From a virus (taxonomy: Duplodnaviria > Caudoviricetes), in the IMG/VR virus record IMGVR_UViG_3300033120_000864, positions 32,001-96,000 of that record: DNA of 64,000 nucleotides, one strand, 5' to 3'. Both the position numbers and the translations under genes were made by a program. Position 1 is the stretch's first letter, and each line of letters begins with the position of its first letter. Positions 48,001-56,119 of this stretch are shown here, one piece after another. The notes under the pieces were generated by a model, which was not told the origin of the DNA, made no database searches, and saw nothing but the letters and a program-made list of their open reading frames with translations.

Positions 48001-50697
48001 ATCTTTTTCAAAATTTCCAGTGTTAGCAACAGGAGTTTCGTTAACTATCTCATCATCAGTTTTAATAGTTTCTTGTTCTTTAGTTGCTTCATCTTTAACT
48101 TCATCTGATACACTTGATCTACTCAAGACATCATTAATATTTCTTTGCTTAAGTTCATTTCTAAAGATTTCAAATTTCTTTGCTTCTTTAACTTCTTCTG
48201 TAACTGGGAGTTCATCTATGTGTTTAAAGATTTCTTCCTTTGATTTATATATATCACTATAATGAGAAACTAAATCTTTCCTTCTTTGAGCTTCAAGATC
48301 AGTAACCACTTTATTTTCTATAAGCTTATCAATAGTACTATTATAAATACTAGGTGCCATACCAACTTGGTATTGAGCATATTGTCTTTGTTGATTTTGT
48401 TCTCTAAAATGAGTATAGAAACCTATACCACCTTGAGGTATCATAGTAGCCATAGTCTGAATAGCTGTATTCAGAATATTTTCCATAGTTAAAGGATCTG
48501 TATCTTCATAGTCTTTCTTATAATGTTCTTGTGCAAATTTAGTTGCAAAGTGATTCAATACAAGTCCAGCTTCTTCTTCAAGTGTTTCACCTGCTAAGAT
48601 TTTAGCAAATTCCTTAGAACCAGATTTAAGAGCTGCTCCATCTAAGTTATATAAAAACTTAAATATATAAGGAGCTGATTCTTTATCTGTATATCTTTCT
48701 AATACACCTTCCACTGCTTTTTTAAATGTACCATTACTTGTAAGATGTTCTAATGTAGATATCTCTCCACTAGCAATTAACTTCTTAACATCTAGTATAT
48801 TATCAATAAAAAGTCTTTCTGTAAGACCTTCTATACCTGCTCTGACAGTACCAAGTCCAACTGCTTGATTATAACTAAGTCCTTTATCAAGTTCTTGTTT
48901 AATCATATCAGGACCAAATAGTAAAACAGATGGAGCTATAAAACCTACAGTGGTACCTGTTAAATATTTACCTGCTTCAAGTCCACCCTTAGCTGCTGAG
49001 TTTAAGGCAGTATAGAATGCTGGAGCATTAACTTCAGATAAAGCTGCTGCTCTTAATGCATTTGATTCTAAAGCACTACCATATAAAGCTTCTTCTAAAG
49101 CCATACCTTCTCCACCAGTTATTCCTAATAATGCACTCTTAAGAGCTACATCTGTTGTTTGGAATAAAAGTCCTGTCTTATCAATAGTTAATTTTCCATC
49201 TTTAAGTTTAATACCATCAAGTTGAGAAAGATTTACATATTTCCCATTTCTATACACTTGAGGTTCCTGTCTAGCATAGCTAGATCCATATAATGCATTT
49301 ATATCAGCAGACTTTCTAGAATATGTTTGACCATTTTCTAATTTTACATCTTCTGGATTAGTAATAGCATTAGTAGCCATAGCAGTCCACACTTGTGCTG
49401 CTGTAAGTATGCTAGTAGCAGTGTTTCTTACTGGAGTAAGAATAGTGTTAGATATAGGATATACTTCATGAAGTTTATTAAGATATTGCTGTTGAGCTTC
49501 ATACTTTTCTAAGTCTGGAACTTTAGTTTTGATAACATTATCAATCTTTCCAATATACTTATTCTCTTCAGCAATTTTATCCTCAAAATTCTTCTTGACA
49601 TCAATTAAATCGTGGTATTGTTTGTATCCTTCATCAGTAAGTTTTTTAGTCTTATCTGCTAATAATTTATCAAATTCTGCAATTTGTTTATTAACATTAT
49701 CAAGAAGAGGTTTATCCTTATACTCAATTTGAGCTTGCATACTTTTCTTCTCAAAAGAAGCTCCATCATATACTAGTCTTTGAATATCTACAGGAGATTG
49801 TTTAATCCATCCATCATTATCTTTAGCAGCTAGTGTAATAGATGCAAGTGTTTTATTTAATCCATTAGGATCTCCTGCATTTAATGTTTGAGCTGCATTA
49901 GTCATTAACTTTTGTGTAAGACTTTTATCATCTTGAACATTAGCTTCTTTAAGAAACTGAGTAGCACCTTGTAATTTCTGCTTAATTTCTACAGGACTAT
50001 CTTCTGATTTTATAGGATCTACTATATAGTTTCCTTGTTTATCTTTAGTTCCTGCAAGAGAAAAGTCTTGAGCAATTCTACCCTTAACATAGTTAAGCAT
50101 TTTAGTAGCACTCTCAACTCCTTTTTGATTCTTTATATATTCTGCTTCTGCCTCAGGAGTATCATCTGTTCTTTTTTGACCTTCTGCTATAGGTTCATAT
50201 CTTCTTGACATTTCACTTTTATAGTATCTAGCCCATCCACCTAACTTATCAGCTTCTTGTAAAAGTTGTTTATTATCAAATACTGGAGTGGTATAATCAA
50301 ACGTAGTTTTTCCATCAGGAGTTACTTTGGGAGTAAGTCCTATTCCAGCTAAAGGAATGTCAAAATACTTAGTTGCTTCTTGTACATCTTGATCTATTGT
50401 AGATTTAGTTGTAGAAGGAGTTAGATTACTTTCCTTTAATAGTTTATCTTTAGCAGTTCCTAAAAAGTCAGCACTTTTATCTACTAAATATTCATAGTTA
50501 CTTCTCTCAGGAATTCCAGAATAATATTTACTCTTGAACTCATCATAAGTAGGAAGTTTAACATTAGCACTATCAAGCTTACCATATAAAGACTTAAAAC
50601 CCTCTTCAGTGCTATATTTGCTCTGAAAGGTATTATAGTCTGGTACTTGTATATTAGCACTCTGTAATTTTGTGTAAAGATCTTTTAATTCTGGCAT
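39085..50697 (-). CDS. Virion-packaged DNA-dependent RNA polymerase (crAss-like) with zincin domain, 3870 aa
   Basis: RIPVQG and AGSDFDIDK (41386-41400) catalytic motifs; LLHEAWHGF...EE zincin. Confidence 0.88.
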   Translation of the reverse strand: MPELKDLYTKLQSANIQVPDYNTFQSKYSTEEGFKSLYGKLDSANVKLPTYDEFKSKYYSGIPERSNYEYLVDKSADFLGTAKDKLLKESNLTPSTTKSTIDQDVQEATKYFDIPLAGIGLTPKVTPDGKTTFDYTTPVFDNKQLLQEADKLGGWARYYKSEMSRRYEPIAEGQKRTDDTPEAEAEYIKNQKGVESATKMLNYVKGRIAQDFSLAGTKDKQGNYIVDPIKSEDSPVEIKQKLQGATQFLKEANVQDDKSLTQKLMTNAAQTLNAGDPNGLNKTLASITLAAKDNDGWIKQSPVDIQRLVYDGASFEKKSMQAQIEYKDKPLLDNVNKQIAEFDKLLADKTKKLTDEGYKQYHDLIDVKKNFEDKIAEENKYIGKIDNVIKTKVPDLEKYEAQQQYLNKLHEVYPISNTILTPVRNTATSILTAAQVWTAMATNAITNPEDVKLENGQTYSRKSADINALYGSSYARQEPQVYRNGKYVNLSQLDGIKLKDGKLTIDKTGLLFQTTDVALKSALLGITGGEGMALEEALYGSALESNALRAAALSEVNAPAFYTALNSAAKGGLEAGKYLTGTTVGFIAPSVLLFGPDMIKQELDKGLSYNQAVGLGTVRAGIEGLTERLFIDNILDVKKLIASGEISTLEHLTSNGTFKKAVEGVLERYTDKESAPYIFKFLYNLDGAALKSGSKEFAKILAGETLEEEAGLVLNHFATKFAQEHYKKDYEDTDPLTMENILNTAIQTMATMIPQGGIGFYTHFREQNQQRQYAQYQVGMAPSIYNSTIDKLIENKVVTDLEAQRRKDLVSHYSDIYKSKEEIFKHIDELPVTEEVKEAKKFEIFRNELKQRNINDVLSRSSVSDEVKDEATKEQETIKTDDEIVNETPVANTGNFEKDTLSTLEKELSPKNISEIKDTAHIDELIKTLDSHLSLPTGNVSKKFKEEIQTYKDSLEQRKDEIVLEKTAKDASNIEQVKSDISALIEEKNFDAANTSVKETIDAVLQSQSALEKDSEPYKILQDHLVDLYKFQDQIEQLQQDPNKAEREENLKQFRTTLTAGVAVNDGKENTEIVESYPDDYYRLANGKRVHASQLFPIVEVASPEDIKDLSDKWAQGDEEVIDRASKDITLAKAIKDYLAATGFNNELPEVPSEIEEAEFKAQPASVFRTIGLNVRNLFIQGTNIIDPAFKTGANAIRNIINDQTQDEFKVLVLRPSQLVERLGGLEAVKDKLPNDYVYWKKNGYGDETQVVKLVLVNANNDIVNFDEEGNKNPAGIPAIYNLPSIKTAETEFKRKGIEEQEEAFEEYKASLQQLKDIRSNPPIEPLPISKVNLGLVTKFVKDPIPTKSFTESLKGKFFSAGLTTPNLELVVTTTSQIGKVEGVSYLVDGKYGLQYPISRPKMGQVDIHGFINALVEIGTRSVSSRGLETFEDRRSMLDKFLYMDKDSISFGKNKFGEYFLIHNSFFTNYPDVTKIEGVKPLEDFLYFNIGVNTTDAFKEALAHAIKQKTLNIVPQEEGQFEVPVYSDGKLSFVKYDSYQEFIVENSNVYSDVNDVKGSQELLANGVGGFVGSYIQLNATDYIPSTSDVAEEMPAKPTVTQETIDEEIELLKSTKIENKFSNKEWNEVKDWWKDSPLSKFIDLNHFANIINSNAAGTFVNNVITLYQNSSPRTLLHEAWHGFSQLFLTKRQKNNLYNELRKKSGSIKIVDESTGLLTNKAYKDLTDKEAEEAIAESWEDYADSDGKMLFGKDLSKQTIFEKAWQFIKTLNGLLPNIQTYYDKLYKGNINNFSPNLNNALFGKLNKSFTANGVTIGSRTINDFVNLIDSSIINRLDRLKKSHILFTGIKENKTKNFKSLYDATLKDINIKIASGTLSDDAKQKLQFLADNFITEGTKVGFDQIYIQNSSLFSDIKAEEEKSSQDEEGLPVTTDEILSDDDHVETRDNIVEFKEQNKKSAIKQASNEIIYLLSTLSRGETDEYGFPKLLPLQTTWYRLATEVKGITDPEQMYGRIKQLGEKYPEYLQLLSRLPVLDNPANDVRQITLLQSFMKAFEKPLIEMYEGVMTIPRATKENPTPSPVFYNTKSSTKAINKLSKKLQASFATNDENPYVVKNAEGQNVLNTTKIGKDFGKVDKDGVLKLPKNKRIDFLKAIGVELNPLTIESDQFKALMEDNSKDIFNLIFDAVVNKLGKEDYDIKNPIQDIRGTRDLKKHFNFAGEASSIDAVLKAEINATNEYEEDLAINPNGDNVYQIQQFSKTSLTYAALNNREKYPTLQDLVSDPEWEHLDPQKNPSMRYTTWLNSLFKIRDERGNLISGTEYGKRRNSVIDLKNIGGFKTDTEKGITGAKTTDLFSLDKILFDINSFLYNNIIEHMRYADKGSSFGTELTYFTTKNKYPVNLAEFKGNNMPKQAVNIFEDYLKGTIAEIVKHNRITTNNAKSGYGVAKYSKNGSSFRIFEEILGQETKDFLRKEIETLANIGDENALDEAISKITNKINLQKPLQAFFSNSVSELKKRLRKAKTDNGNFLKDQLGLIDKKGLTYEEALNAFIVSAYIYNYEQGQLINGDVVQFKAADDFHKRLSADSATGDFSIMNKAVLGFLNATGRMQEFLLTGKKSSIGPSFRTSVFNDNEIKSQYLEQYLSDTIKSLGVDISTKELIDMPLKEAEKLLTEEHGAKGISIFTVLKAFKEVNETDALGLCTLDFYRNFKVAIGQWNDLAESAYIKAAQGLPLDEKEMYYFVPIKAQYSGTIANTPQVLGEYLRIDAFDKFALVPMMPSAIKGKGLEKISNNMIRNNIGYGVFESGSKKAALTKDGKFNDLYSENPLTNDKYWGYLKEQVYLEPKIKPNIIFATQFNKLFNVDLFNYGKSKSKRIDQIAKEYNETRQTLINRELTRVKNDLGIKKGKIDFKKLSDILKKEFKSRDLPDNIIDFLKTDENGNLAFSLDSSLSRQKMSSIILAIVSNRIIKGKLNGDNYIQTAFTGWRSDSNLKLPELKTREDGTQYVSKMEAKVSISKFKNLLNLKHPYEAGVIGTIEKLNRLLKDEDFMKDHEQELSMVGVRIPVQGANSMLNLIVEEFLPEETGSIIVLPSEITAIAGSDFDIDKVSMYVPNISDNGTLPQIGGAEVLNKINEVLNKYHVPKFLIQGIKEIFEEDLDIETRTKQIKDLVFQNYEELSQLQDKGNKRTQYNELKDFIPIIDEMITEFPKLNTKSFLQNKMISLLSESMSQPEMYEPLFTPNSTSVLKPLADDIKKMLGSKDKVNYSTVYDYNTQMNQFEANLVGKKSLGIAAKNNTFNQLFKQHNIYLNNVYDGDVPVNVYLDHNEFEGHPSLAGEYDKNGEYKISEIISQFINGFVDVAKDPWVFDLGATFEATPTLLYLTHLGVPIKQAVYLVNQPIVKDYLELKKMKNFQTGKALDSYYDGLTEEKMVNILAYKYESNVRDFDKYNKDNHEKIYTEKNLLKNINYLDNSKINTTFANEQRAILTHYLELEAQGRRLRELTSSLDFDTTKIKSIFSSFEKEALYNQVLSSNMFNKEGVEAIKNNSVISMLDMNKFIIDNFPKMFKVVELPEVNNFLLSVIGDASFGNKEKFENRFKNDLIGYAYNTLTTNYKEVVPFFEGQMVQRLEDLKKEIPSLVNEVPLLKEFVGDKGIKRPELVNIKTKTDLKETKDINTAIEDFKKGVEHSNPKVRDFFKDLIRFAFVQSGLQKSPISFTHILPTESISTDIEKVLPLLKQIVESPEMLKLFYTKYFMKNNAQVIQPKVLKENGYLTNKTHSYQDEAYRLKTPLQILNNPILEEEAKNIEIKPSRINVDDIESTIEDEKEPPLDEDVIPLSVGESLETEVTDFSEAPTDDELPENEIDDCAKKI

Positions 50698-50698
50698 A

Positions 50699-52300
50699 TT
50701 ATAAACCTGCGTCTATTTTAGTTTTAGAGCTTCCACCACTTGTTGGGGTTTCTCCTATTGCATTTAACAATTCATCTGATGTAAATGTTTTAGTAGGGTT
50801 ATTCCAACCCCAAGCATCATACATCACCTCAATTTTTCCATCTTTTACCTTTATATCTGTAGGTTCATTTTCAAATCCTAATTTCTTATAATTAGTTTTT
50901 ATAAGAGCTTTCACTTGCTTTTCTTGTTCAGGAGTAACAAATCCCTTAGCAAATTTATCCACTGCTGTTCTAATACTTTCATCTGCCTTAGATGCTTTTC
51001 CAGGAACTGTTGGTAATTCTGATACTGGTATTAGTTCACCATTATCATTAAATATATCAATACCTTTCTTATAAGCTTCTTTATAGGCAGCCTTTTCAAC
51101 AGAATTAGTAATAGACTCAATAGCTGAAAGTCCTTTATTATACTTCATTTCATTAGTTCTATTAGCAGCTGTTTGAGCTGCAGCTAATCCTTCTGGAGTA
51201 TTAAGAGATTTCAATATAGTTCTTGGATCTTGTCCTTCTGCTAAAGCACCTGGAACAATTTGACTAGCTTCTGCATTTGCAATATGCTCATCAATTCTAT
51301 TATTATGCTCAATACCTATTCTTGTTAAATCATTTAATTTCTGAGACTTAGTTTTAGAATAAGCATATGTTTTTGCATTTTCTATAGCAGACTGATTAAT
51401 ATAATTATCAAAAGCATGTGACTTAGCCATCTCACCATCTGGGTTTTCGTACATTTTCTTATACTGCTTTGCATCTTCCATAAGTTGAGTATAAGTGGCA
51501 AAATCTTTAGGATTACCTTGAGCTTTATATAGAGCATAGGCCTTCTGAGCCTCATCAGAAGAATGTTGATATAAAGCATAGTTTTGGCTTGCATCTTGTT
51601 GAAAGAAATTAGTACCTTGTGTCAAACTATTAAATTTCCTTTGTTGTTCCTGATATAAAGCAGGATCATTAGTAAGTCTTCTTTTCATAGCAGCTGCAAT
51701 ATCTGCTTGTCCTTTCTTTGCAGTTTCAATATCATACCCACCTTTATTAATATCAAATCCAGTGGTTTCTTGTACTTCTTTAGCAGCATCATCTAACACT
51801 TTGTTTAGATTACCTGCTTTATATATATCTCCACTCAAGTCTACATTTCTAATGTATTTTCCTTGTTGAATATACTTTTGAGCTTTAGTAATAGGTTCCA
51901 TGTTCCAAGCAGGAACAGTTTCACCATTTTCTGTTAAATCAGCATATTTTCTCATACTTTGCTGATACTGAGCACCTCTTTTCACAACAGTTTGAAAATC
52001 AGGATTTGAGACTAAAGCATTTATATTCTGTTTCAATTGATTTTGAACTGCAGGATTAGTAAGTTCAGAAGTACTAATACCATTAACACTCTCACTAAGT
52101 TTACTTAGTAATTGCTTTTTAACATCTGTATCAGCACCTGGAAGTGTTGGTAAAGACCATAATTGATCTAATTGTGCATTAGTAGCAAATTGTGCTTTAT
52201 CAGCTTCTTGTTTCTGATACATAGTTCCTTTCATGAGAAGTTCCAAAGGTATTGGAGCTTTCCATTCTGCAGGCTTAACTATTTGACTTGAATAATTCAT
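50699..52300 (-). CDS. Virion cargo protein preceding RNAP
   Basis: Helical Q/A-rich 533-aa protein; first of the three-gene cargo block typical of crAss-like phages. Confidence 0.6.
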   Translation of the reverse strand: MNYSSQIVKPAEWKAPIPLELLMKGTMYQKQEADKAQFATNAQLDQLWSLPTLPGADTDVKKQLLSKLSESVNGISTSELTNPAVQNQLKQNINALVSNPDFQTVVKRGAQYQQSMRKYADLTENGETVPAWNMEPITKAQKYIQQGKYIRNVDLSGDIYKAGNLNKVLDDAAKEVQETTGFDINKGGYDIETAKKGQADIAAAMKRRLTNDPALYQEQQRKFNSLTQGTNFFQQDASQNYALYQHSSDEAQKAYALYKAQGNPKDFATYTQLMEDAKQYKKMYENPDGEMAKSHAFDNYINQSAIENAKTYAYSKTKSQKLNDLTRIGIEHNNRIDEHIANAEASQIVPGALAEGQDPRTILKSLNTPEGLAAAQTAANRTNEMKYNKGLSAIESITNSVEKAAYKEAYKKGIDIFNDNGELIPVSELPTVPGKASKADESIRTAVDKFAKGFVTPEQEKQVKALIKTNYKKLGFENEPTDIKVKDGKIEVMYDAWGWNNPTKTFTSDELLNAIGETPTSGGSSKTKIDAGL

Positions 52301-52325
52301 TATTATGTATTTTGGACAATTGATG

Positions 52326-52357
52326 TAAAGATAAGTAAAATTAGTGAGATTTCCAAA
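52326..52357 (-). promoter_or_regulatory. Promoter for the cargo/RNAP operon
   Basis: On - strand TTTG-N20-TATCTTTA. Confidence 0.65.
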
Positions 52358-52383
52358 TTTATCATCAAATTAAGTGAATTTAA

Positions 52384-55191
52384 TTATTTTTTAACTTTTT
52401 TTCTGAGCATAGACTTTTTACCTATCTTACCACCATAAGCAGCAGTTTCTGTTTGAGTAGTAGTCTCAGAATATGTACCATCAGAATTTTTAACATATTT
52501 CTTTTGATTTTTAATTCCTGCAGCATAATTAGGAGGAATTAATCCATTTATTTGATTAGGAATATAATTATAGGCTGTAGTTCTAGGACCAAAAGTGTTA
52601 TTTATATAATTAGCACTATTAGCATATTCATTAGCATTATAATAGTTTTGAATAGCACCTTGTTCATCAGTACGTCTTTGAGTATCTATAACTCCTTTAC
52701 CCCTATTAATTAAGTCCATAAATCTATTTCTCTCATTAAGGTTTTCACTATCAACTCTAGAAAGTTCTCTAGAATTGAACTCATCTACACCCATTCTTCC
52801 TTGTTGAGATCTATTAAAGTTATCTGCGAAAACACCTTGTTTAGCTCTCCATGAGTTAGCAAAAGATTGTGCATCATTAGCTAAACCTGTTGGAGAAGAA
52901 TCAAGAGATCTTGTAGTAGCTCTAAATCCTCTATTAGCTTCAGCAATAGCTGGTTCAATATCAGTTGGTCTATATTGAATTAAATGGGGATTAAGTTTAC
53001 TTGTTTGTAAAGGATCTAATTGATAGCTATTCACAATAGGAAGAGGCATTAAATTAAATCCTGCTCTTTTAGCTTTAGTAGCAGTTATACCAGTACCAAG
53101 TCTATTCATTTTAGAAGTAGCTAAAGCATCTCCAGGATTTGCAGTAGCAGGATTTTCTCCATTATCTGCAGGTCTCAAGTATCTACTTTCAATCTTAGAA
53201 TCTATAAAATTAGCTCTAAGATCTTTAAGGTCTTGATCAGATAGTTTAGAAAAGTTATCATATTTCTTAAACTTATCTTTATCTTTATTAGTAGTACCAA
53301 ACTCTGCCCACATGTTTCTAATTTGATCTCTACCTTGTGGAGTATCTAACAGATTGTCATATATATATTCCTGATAGTCAGTATTAGCTCCCCTATTAGT
53401 TTTAGGAATAGCTTGGCCTTTCTTATTAGCCCAATCTTGCCATTGATCTCTACCAGTTTCCCAATAATTATTAGATACTAATGGTCTACCATATTTATCA
53501 TGGTGAGCAATACCAGTTGGTGTCACACCATTATATTCTGTAGAATCATGTGGAGTGATAGGAACAAAATTATTACTATAAGAAGGATCTATATTTTGAG
53601 CCATAGGAGTAGTAGTAGGAAGAGCACCAGTAGCAAGACCTTTATTAATAGGAAGTGCATCTGGTTGTAATGATTTATCTAAATTTTCCCAAATCAAATC
53701 ATTATAATGTTGTCTTAATTCCTTAGAAATAGCTCCTGGTTTGTTAGGATCTCCTTCCATTTCTGATAACATTTTTTTATATTCTGGAGTATTTATATAC
53801 TTTTCCCATTTAGTTTCTCCTCCATCTGCAAACTTAGAAAGATAACCACCTAAAGCAGCTTTTTGAACCTTTTCACTTATTCCAGGAAAATGCCCAATAG
53901 CTTTACCCATTTCTTGTAGATCATATAACCCTGCCACTTTATCATTCTTAAACTTAAGGTTTAAGTCTGAAGTAGTTTTAGTAATTGAATCTGCGTATTT
54001 CATATTTAAATTTTCTAAGTCTTTATCAGTGCTATATTTAGCTGCTTCGTCTGCAAAAGTTTTAGGTTTTTCTCCAGGTTTAAATTGAAACTTGAGTCTA
54101 TTAGTTAATACTTTTGTATCAGGTGCATCAAATGGAATTCCACCTTTTTCATGTGTTGGACCATTTACTTTTTGTATAAGTCCTTGAGATGTTTGTACAA
54201 CTTCTCCACCCTCTATCTCATCTTTAGAGAAAGGAACTTTAAAGTCATTAGCATTATCTGTAGTAGGCATAGTTGTTTTAATACCTCCAGGTATCATACC
54301 ACCTTCATCATAAGCTCTAGTTTTACCACCATAAGCATTTTGAAGAGGGTTTTTCATTTGACCAAACATATCTTCTGGTTTAAATGTAGTATATGAATCT
54401 CTTTTAGTGCCACTTAATTGATCATTAAGTTGATCATTATGCCATTGATTAGTAAACTTATTTTGTCTATAATCCCCTACAGCTTTAAGAATACCTTTAC
54501 CCATATCCATTCCAGATAAAATACCAGCAGTAACACCTTCTCCAGCATTTGAAGCATTAATAGATCTATTAAGCTCTGCAAATGATTGTTGAAAGTATGG
54601 ACCTTGTCCTTGAACAGGAAGATTAACAGTGGTGGCTGTTGGATCATAAATAACATTATTATCTTTCCTGTACATTTGTTTAGCAAACTTTTTATGTTCA
54701 GGAGAGTTATTATATGTCTTTACTTGATTAGTTAAGTTTTGATTAACAACTGGACCATTTACAGTGAGATCTCCAGTGATAGGACTAGGCATCATTCTTT
54801 GATCTCCAGCAGGCTGAAGTGTTTGAAATTGACTAGGATTATATTCTCCTGGAATTTGCATATTAGCTACATTCTGGTCATACTGATCTAATGTAGCTTG
54901 AGAATCATCTGTAGTACCTCCAATAGCAAACTTAAATGTTCTATTATAATCATCAATAAACTTCTTTAATTGAGCATCATAATTCTTATCATTAGATTTT
55001 TCAATCTCAAGTCCATTAATTAATCCTCCTTCAGCATGTTTCCATTTCTTTGCATTTTGTGCAAAGATTGCTCTCTTTCTAGTAACAGGATTTTTACTAT
55101 GGGTTAGTTCCTCAGTAGTTTTTCCTGTAGCTTTCTTAGTAGCATTAAACTTACCTTTATTCTTAGGATTTATATGTATTTTACTTTTCAT
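52384..55191 (-). CDS. Virion cargo protein with repeated xxGG motifs
   Basis: IHINPKNKGKF...RAIFAQNAKKWKH module; EIEGGEVV...GPTHEKGG; repeated AEGG/AIGG/AYGG/ALGG/ADGG. Confidence 0.65.
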   Translation of the reverse strand: MKSKIHINPKNKGKFNATKKATGKTTEELTHSKNPVTRKRAIFAQNAKKWKHAEGGLINGLEIEKSNDKNYDAQLKKFIDDYNRTFKFAIGGTTDDSQATLDQYDQNVANMQIPGEYNPSQFQTLQPAGDQRMMPSPITGDLTVNGPVVNQNLTNQVKTYNNSPEHKKFAKQMYRKDNNVIYDPTATTVNLPVQGQGPYFQQSFAELNRSINASNAGEGVTAGILSGMDMGKGILKAVGDYRQNKFTNQWHNDQLNDQLSGTKRDSYTTFKPEDMFGQMKNPLQNAYGGKTRAYDEGGMIPGGIKTTMPTTDNANDFKVPFSKDEIEGGEVVQTSQGLIQKVNGPTHEKGGIPFDAPDTKVLTNRLKFQFKPGEKPKTFADEAAKYSTDKDLENLNMKYADSITKTTSDLNLKFKNDKVAGLYDLQEMGKAIGHFPGISEKVQKAALGGYLSKFADGGETKWEKYINTPEYKKMLSEMEGDPNKPGAISKELRQHYNDLIWENLDKSLQPDALPINKGLATGALPTTTPMAQNIDPSYSNNFVPITPHDSTEYNGVTPTGIAHHDKYGRPLVSNNYWETGRDQWQDWANKKGQAIPKTNRGANTDYQEYIYDNLLDTPQGRDQIRNMWAEFGTTNKDKDKFKKYDNFSKLSDQDLKDLRANFIDSKIESRYLRPADNGENPATANPGDALATSKMNRLGTGITATKAKRAGFNLMPLPIVNSYQLDPLQTSKLNPHLIQYRPTDIEPAIAEANRGFRATTRSLDSSPTGLANDAQSFANSWRAKQGVFADNFNRSQQGRMGVDEFNSRELSRVDSENLNERNRFMDLINRGKGVIDTQRRTDEQGAIQNYYNANEYANSANYINNTFGPRTTAYNYIPNQINGLIPPNYAAGIKNQKKYVKNSDGTYSETTTQTETAAYGGKIGKKSMLRKKVKK

Positions 55192-55197
55192 TATAAC

Positions 55198-55599
55198 TTA
55201 TTTTAAAGACAGTAGATAAAGTGTTTCATTAATTAGATTTTCTACAGAATCTAATTCATTTTGTATAGGAGTATTATTTTTATCAAAAGCTGTATAACGC
55301 TGAGTTTGTACATATTTTAATACTTCTTTTAAGTAAGTAGAAGGTTCTACATTCTCATATTGTGCTATTGGAAAATCTTTCCATCCAGAAAGATGTTGTC
55401 CCAATTGACCAGAAGATTTTTCTGCTATAGAATCTGTTAGTTCTAATAACTCATCATAGAACTTATTTAATGCTTTATGTGTAGCATAACTATTAGTTTT
55501 GAGATGTAAGATATGAGATACAGTTCTACAAGCAAATAAATAACTTATAAATTCTGTTACTTTTCCCACTGGTTTCTTTTCTATAAATTTAACATCCAT
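55198..55599 (-). CDS. Ferritin/Dps-like protein (DUF5856-like)
   Basis: H.LH..T.SYATHKAL..FYDEL..L.D..AE; N.LD....IN..LYLL. Confidence 0.75.
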   Translation of the reverse strand: MDVKFIEKKPVGKVTEFISYLFACRTVSHILHLKTNSYATHKALNKFYDELLELTDSIAEKSSGQLGQHLSGWKDFPIAQYENVEPSTYLKEVLKYVQTQRYTAFDKNNTPIQNELDSVENLINETLYLLSLK

Positions 55600-56117
55600 T
55601 ATGCTTCAAATTTAAAATCATTCAATCTATTAGTCCATCCTATTATAAACTTCTTTTGACTAGGATTATTAGCTACAATATCATTTAAGAATTTAAGTCT
55701 TGCTTGATATATTTTATTAAACAAAGTTTGAGGATCTTGAGCATTTAATGCTGTAAGAGTATTCTTACCTACAGTTCCATCATCATCAACTCCTAAAAGT
55801 CTTTGTGGAATTATAACACCCCATCTACCAGATCCCCATACCCAGTCTACAAGAATATCTGCTATAGATTGATTATTTATTTGATCTGCATGCCAAACAT
55901 CCCAGTATTTTCTTAATACAAATTTAAAATCATCTGGAGTAAGTTTTTTTAAATCATCTACATCTACATCTCCATCATGATCTTTATCATAACCAACTTG
56001 TTTCCAAGTAGCTATTGTAACTCCCATATTTGTTGCTCCACCAAGGTCTTTAGGATCATTTACCCATCCTCCTTCCCATTTTGCTACTTTGGGAGCTAAG
56101 TGTTCTATTTTTGCCAT
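55599..56117 (-). CDS. Endolysin, glycoside hydrolase family 108 with peptidoglycan-binding domain
   Basis: EGGWVNDPKDLGGATNMGVT, DDGTVG..TL.A.N, KFIIGWTNR. Confidence 0.92.
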   Translation of the reverse strand: MAKIEHLAPKVAKWEGGWVNDPKDLGGATNMGVTIATWKQVGYDKDHDGDVDVDDLKKLTPDDFKFVLRKYWDVWHADQINNQSIADILVDWVWGSGRWGVIIPQRLLGVDDDGTVGKNTLTALNAQDPQTLFNKIYQARLKFLNDIVANNPSQKKFIIGWTNRLNDFKFEA

Positions 56118-56119
56118 AT

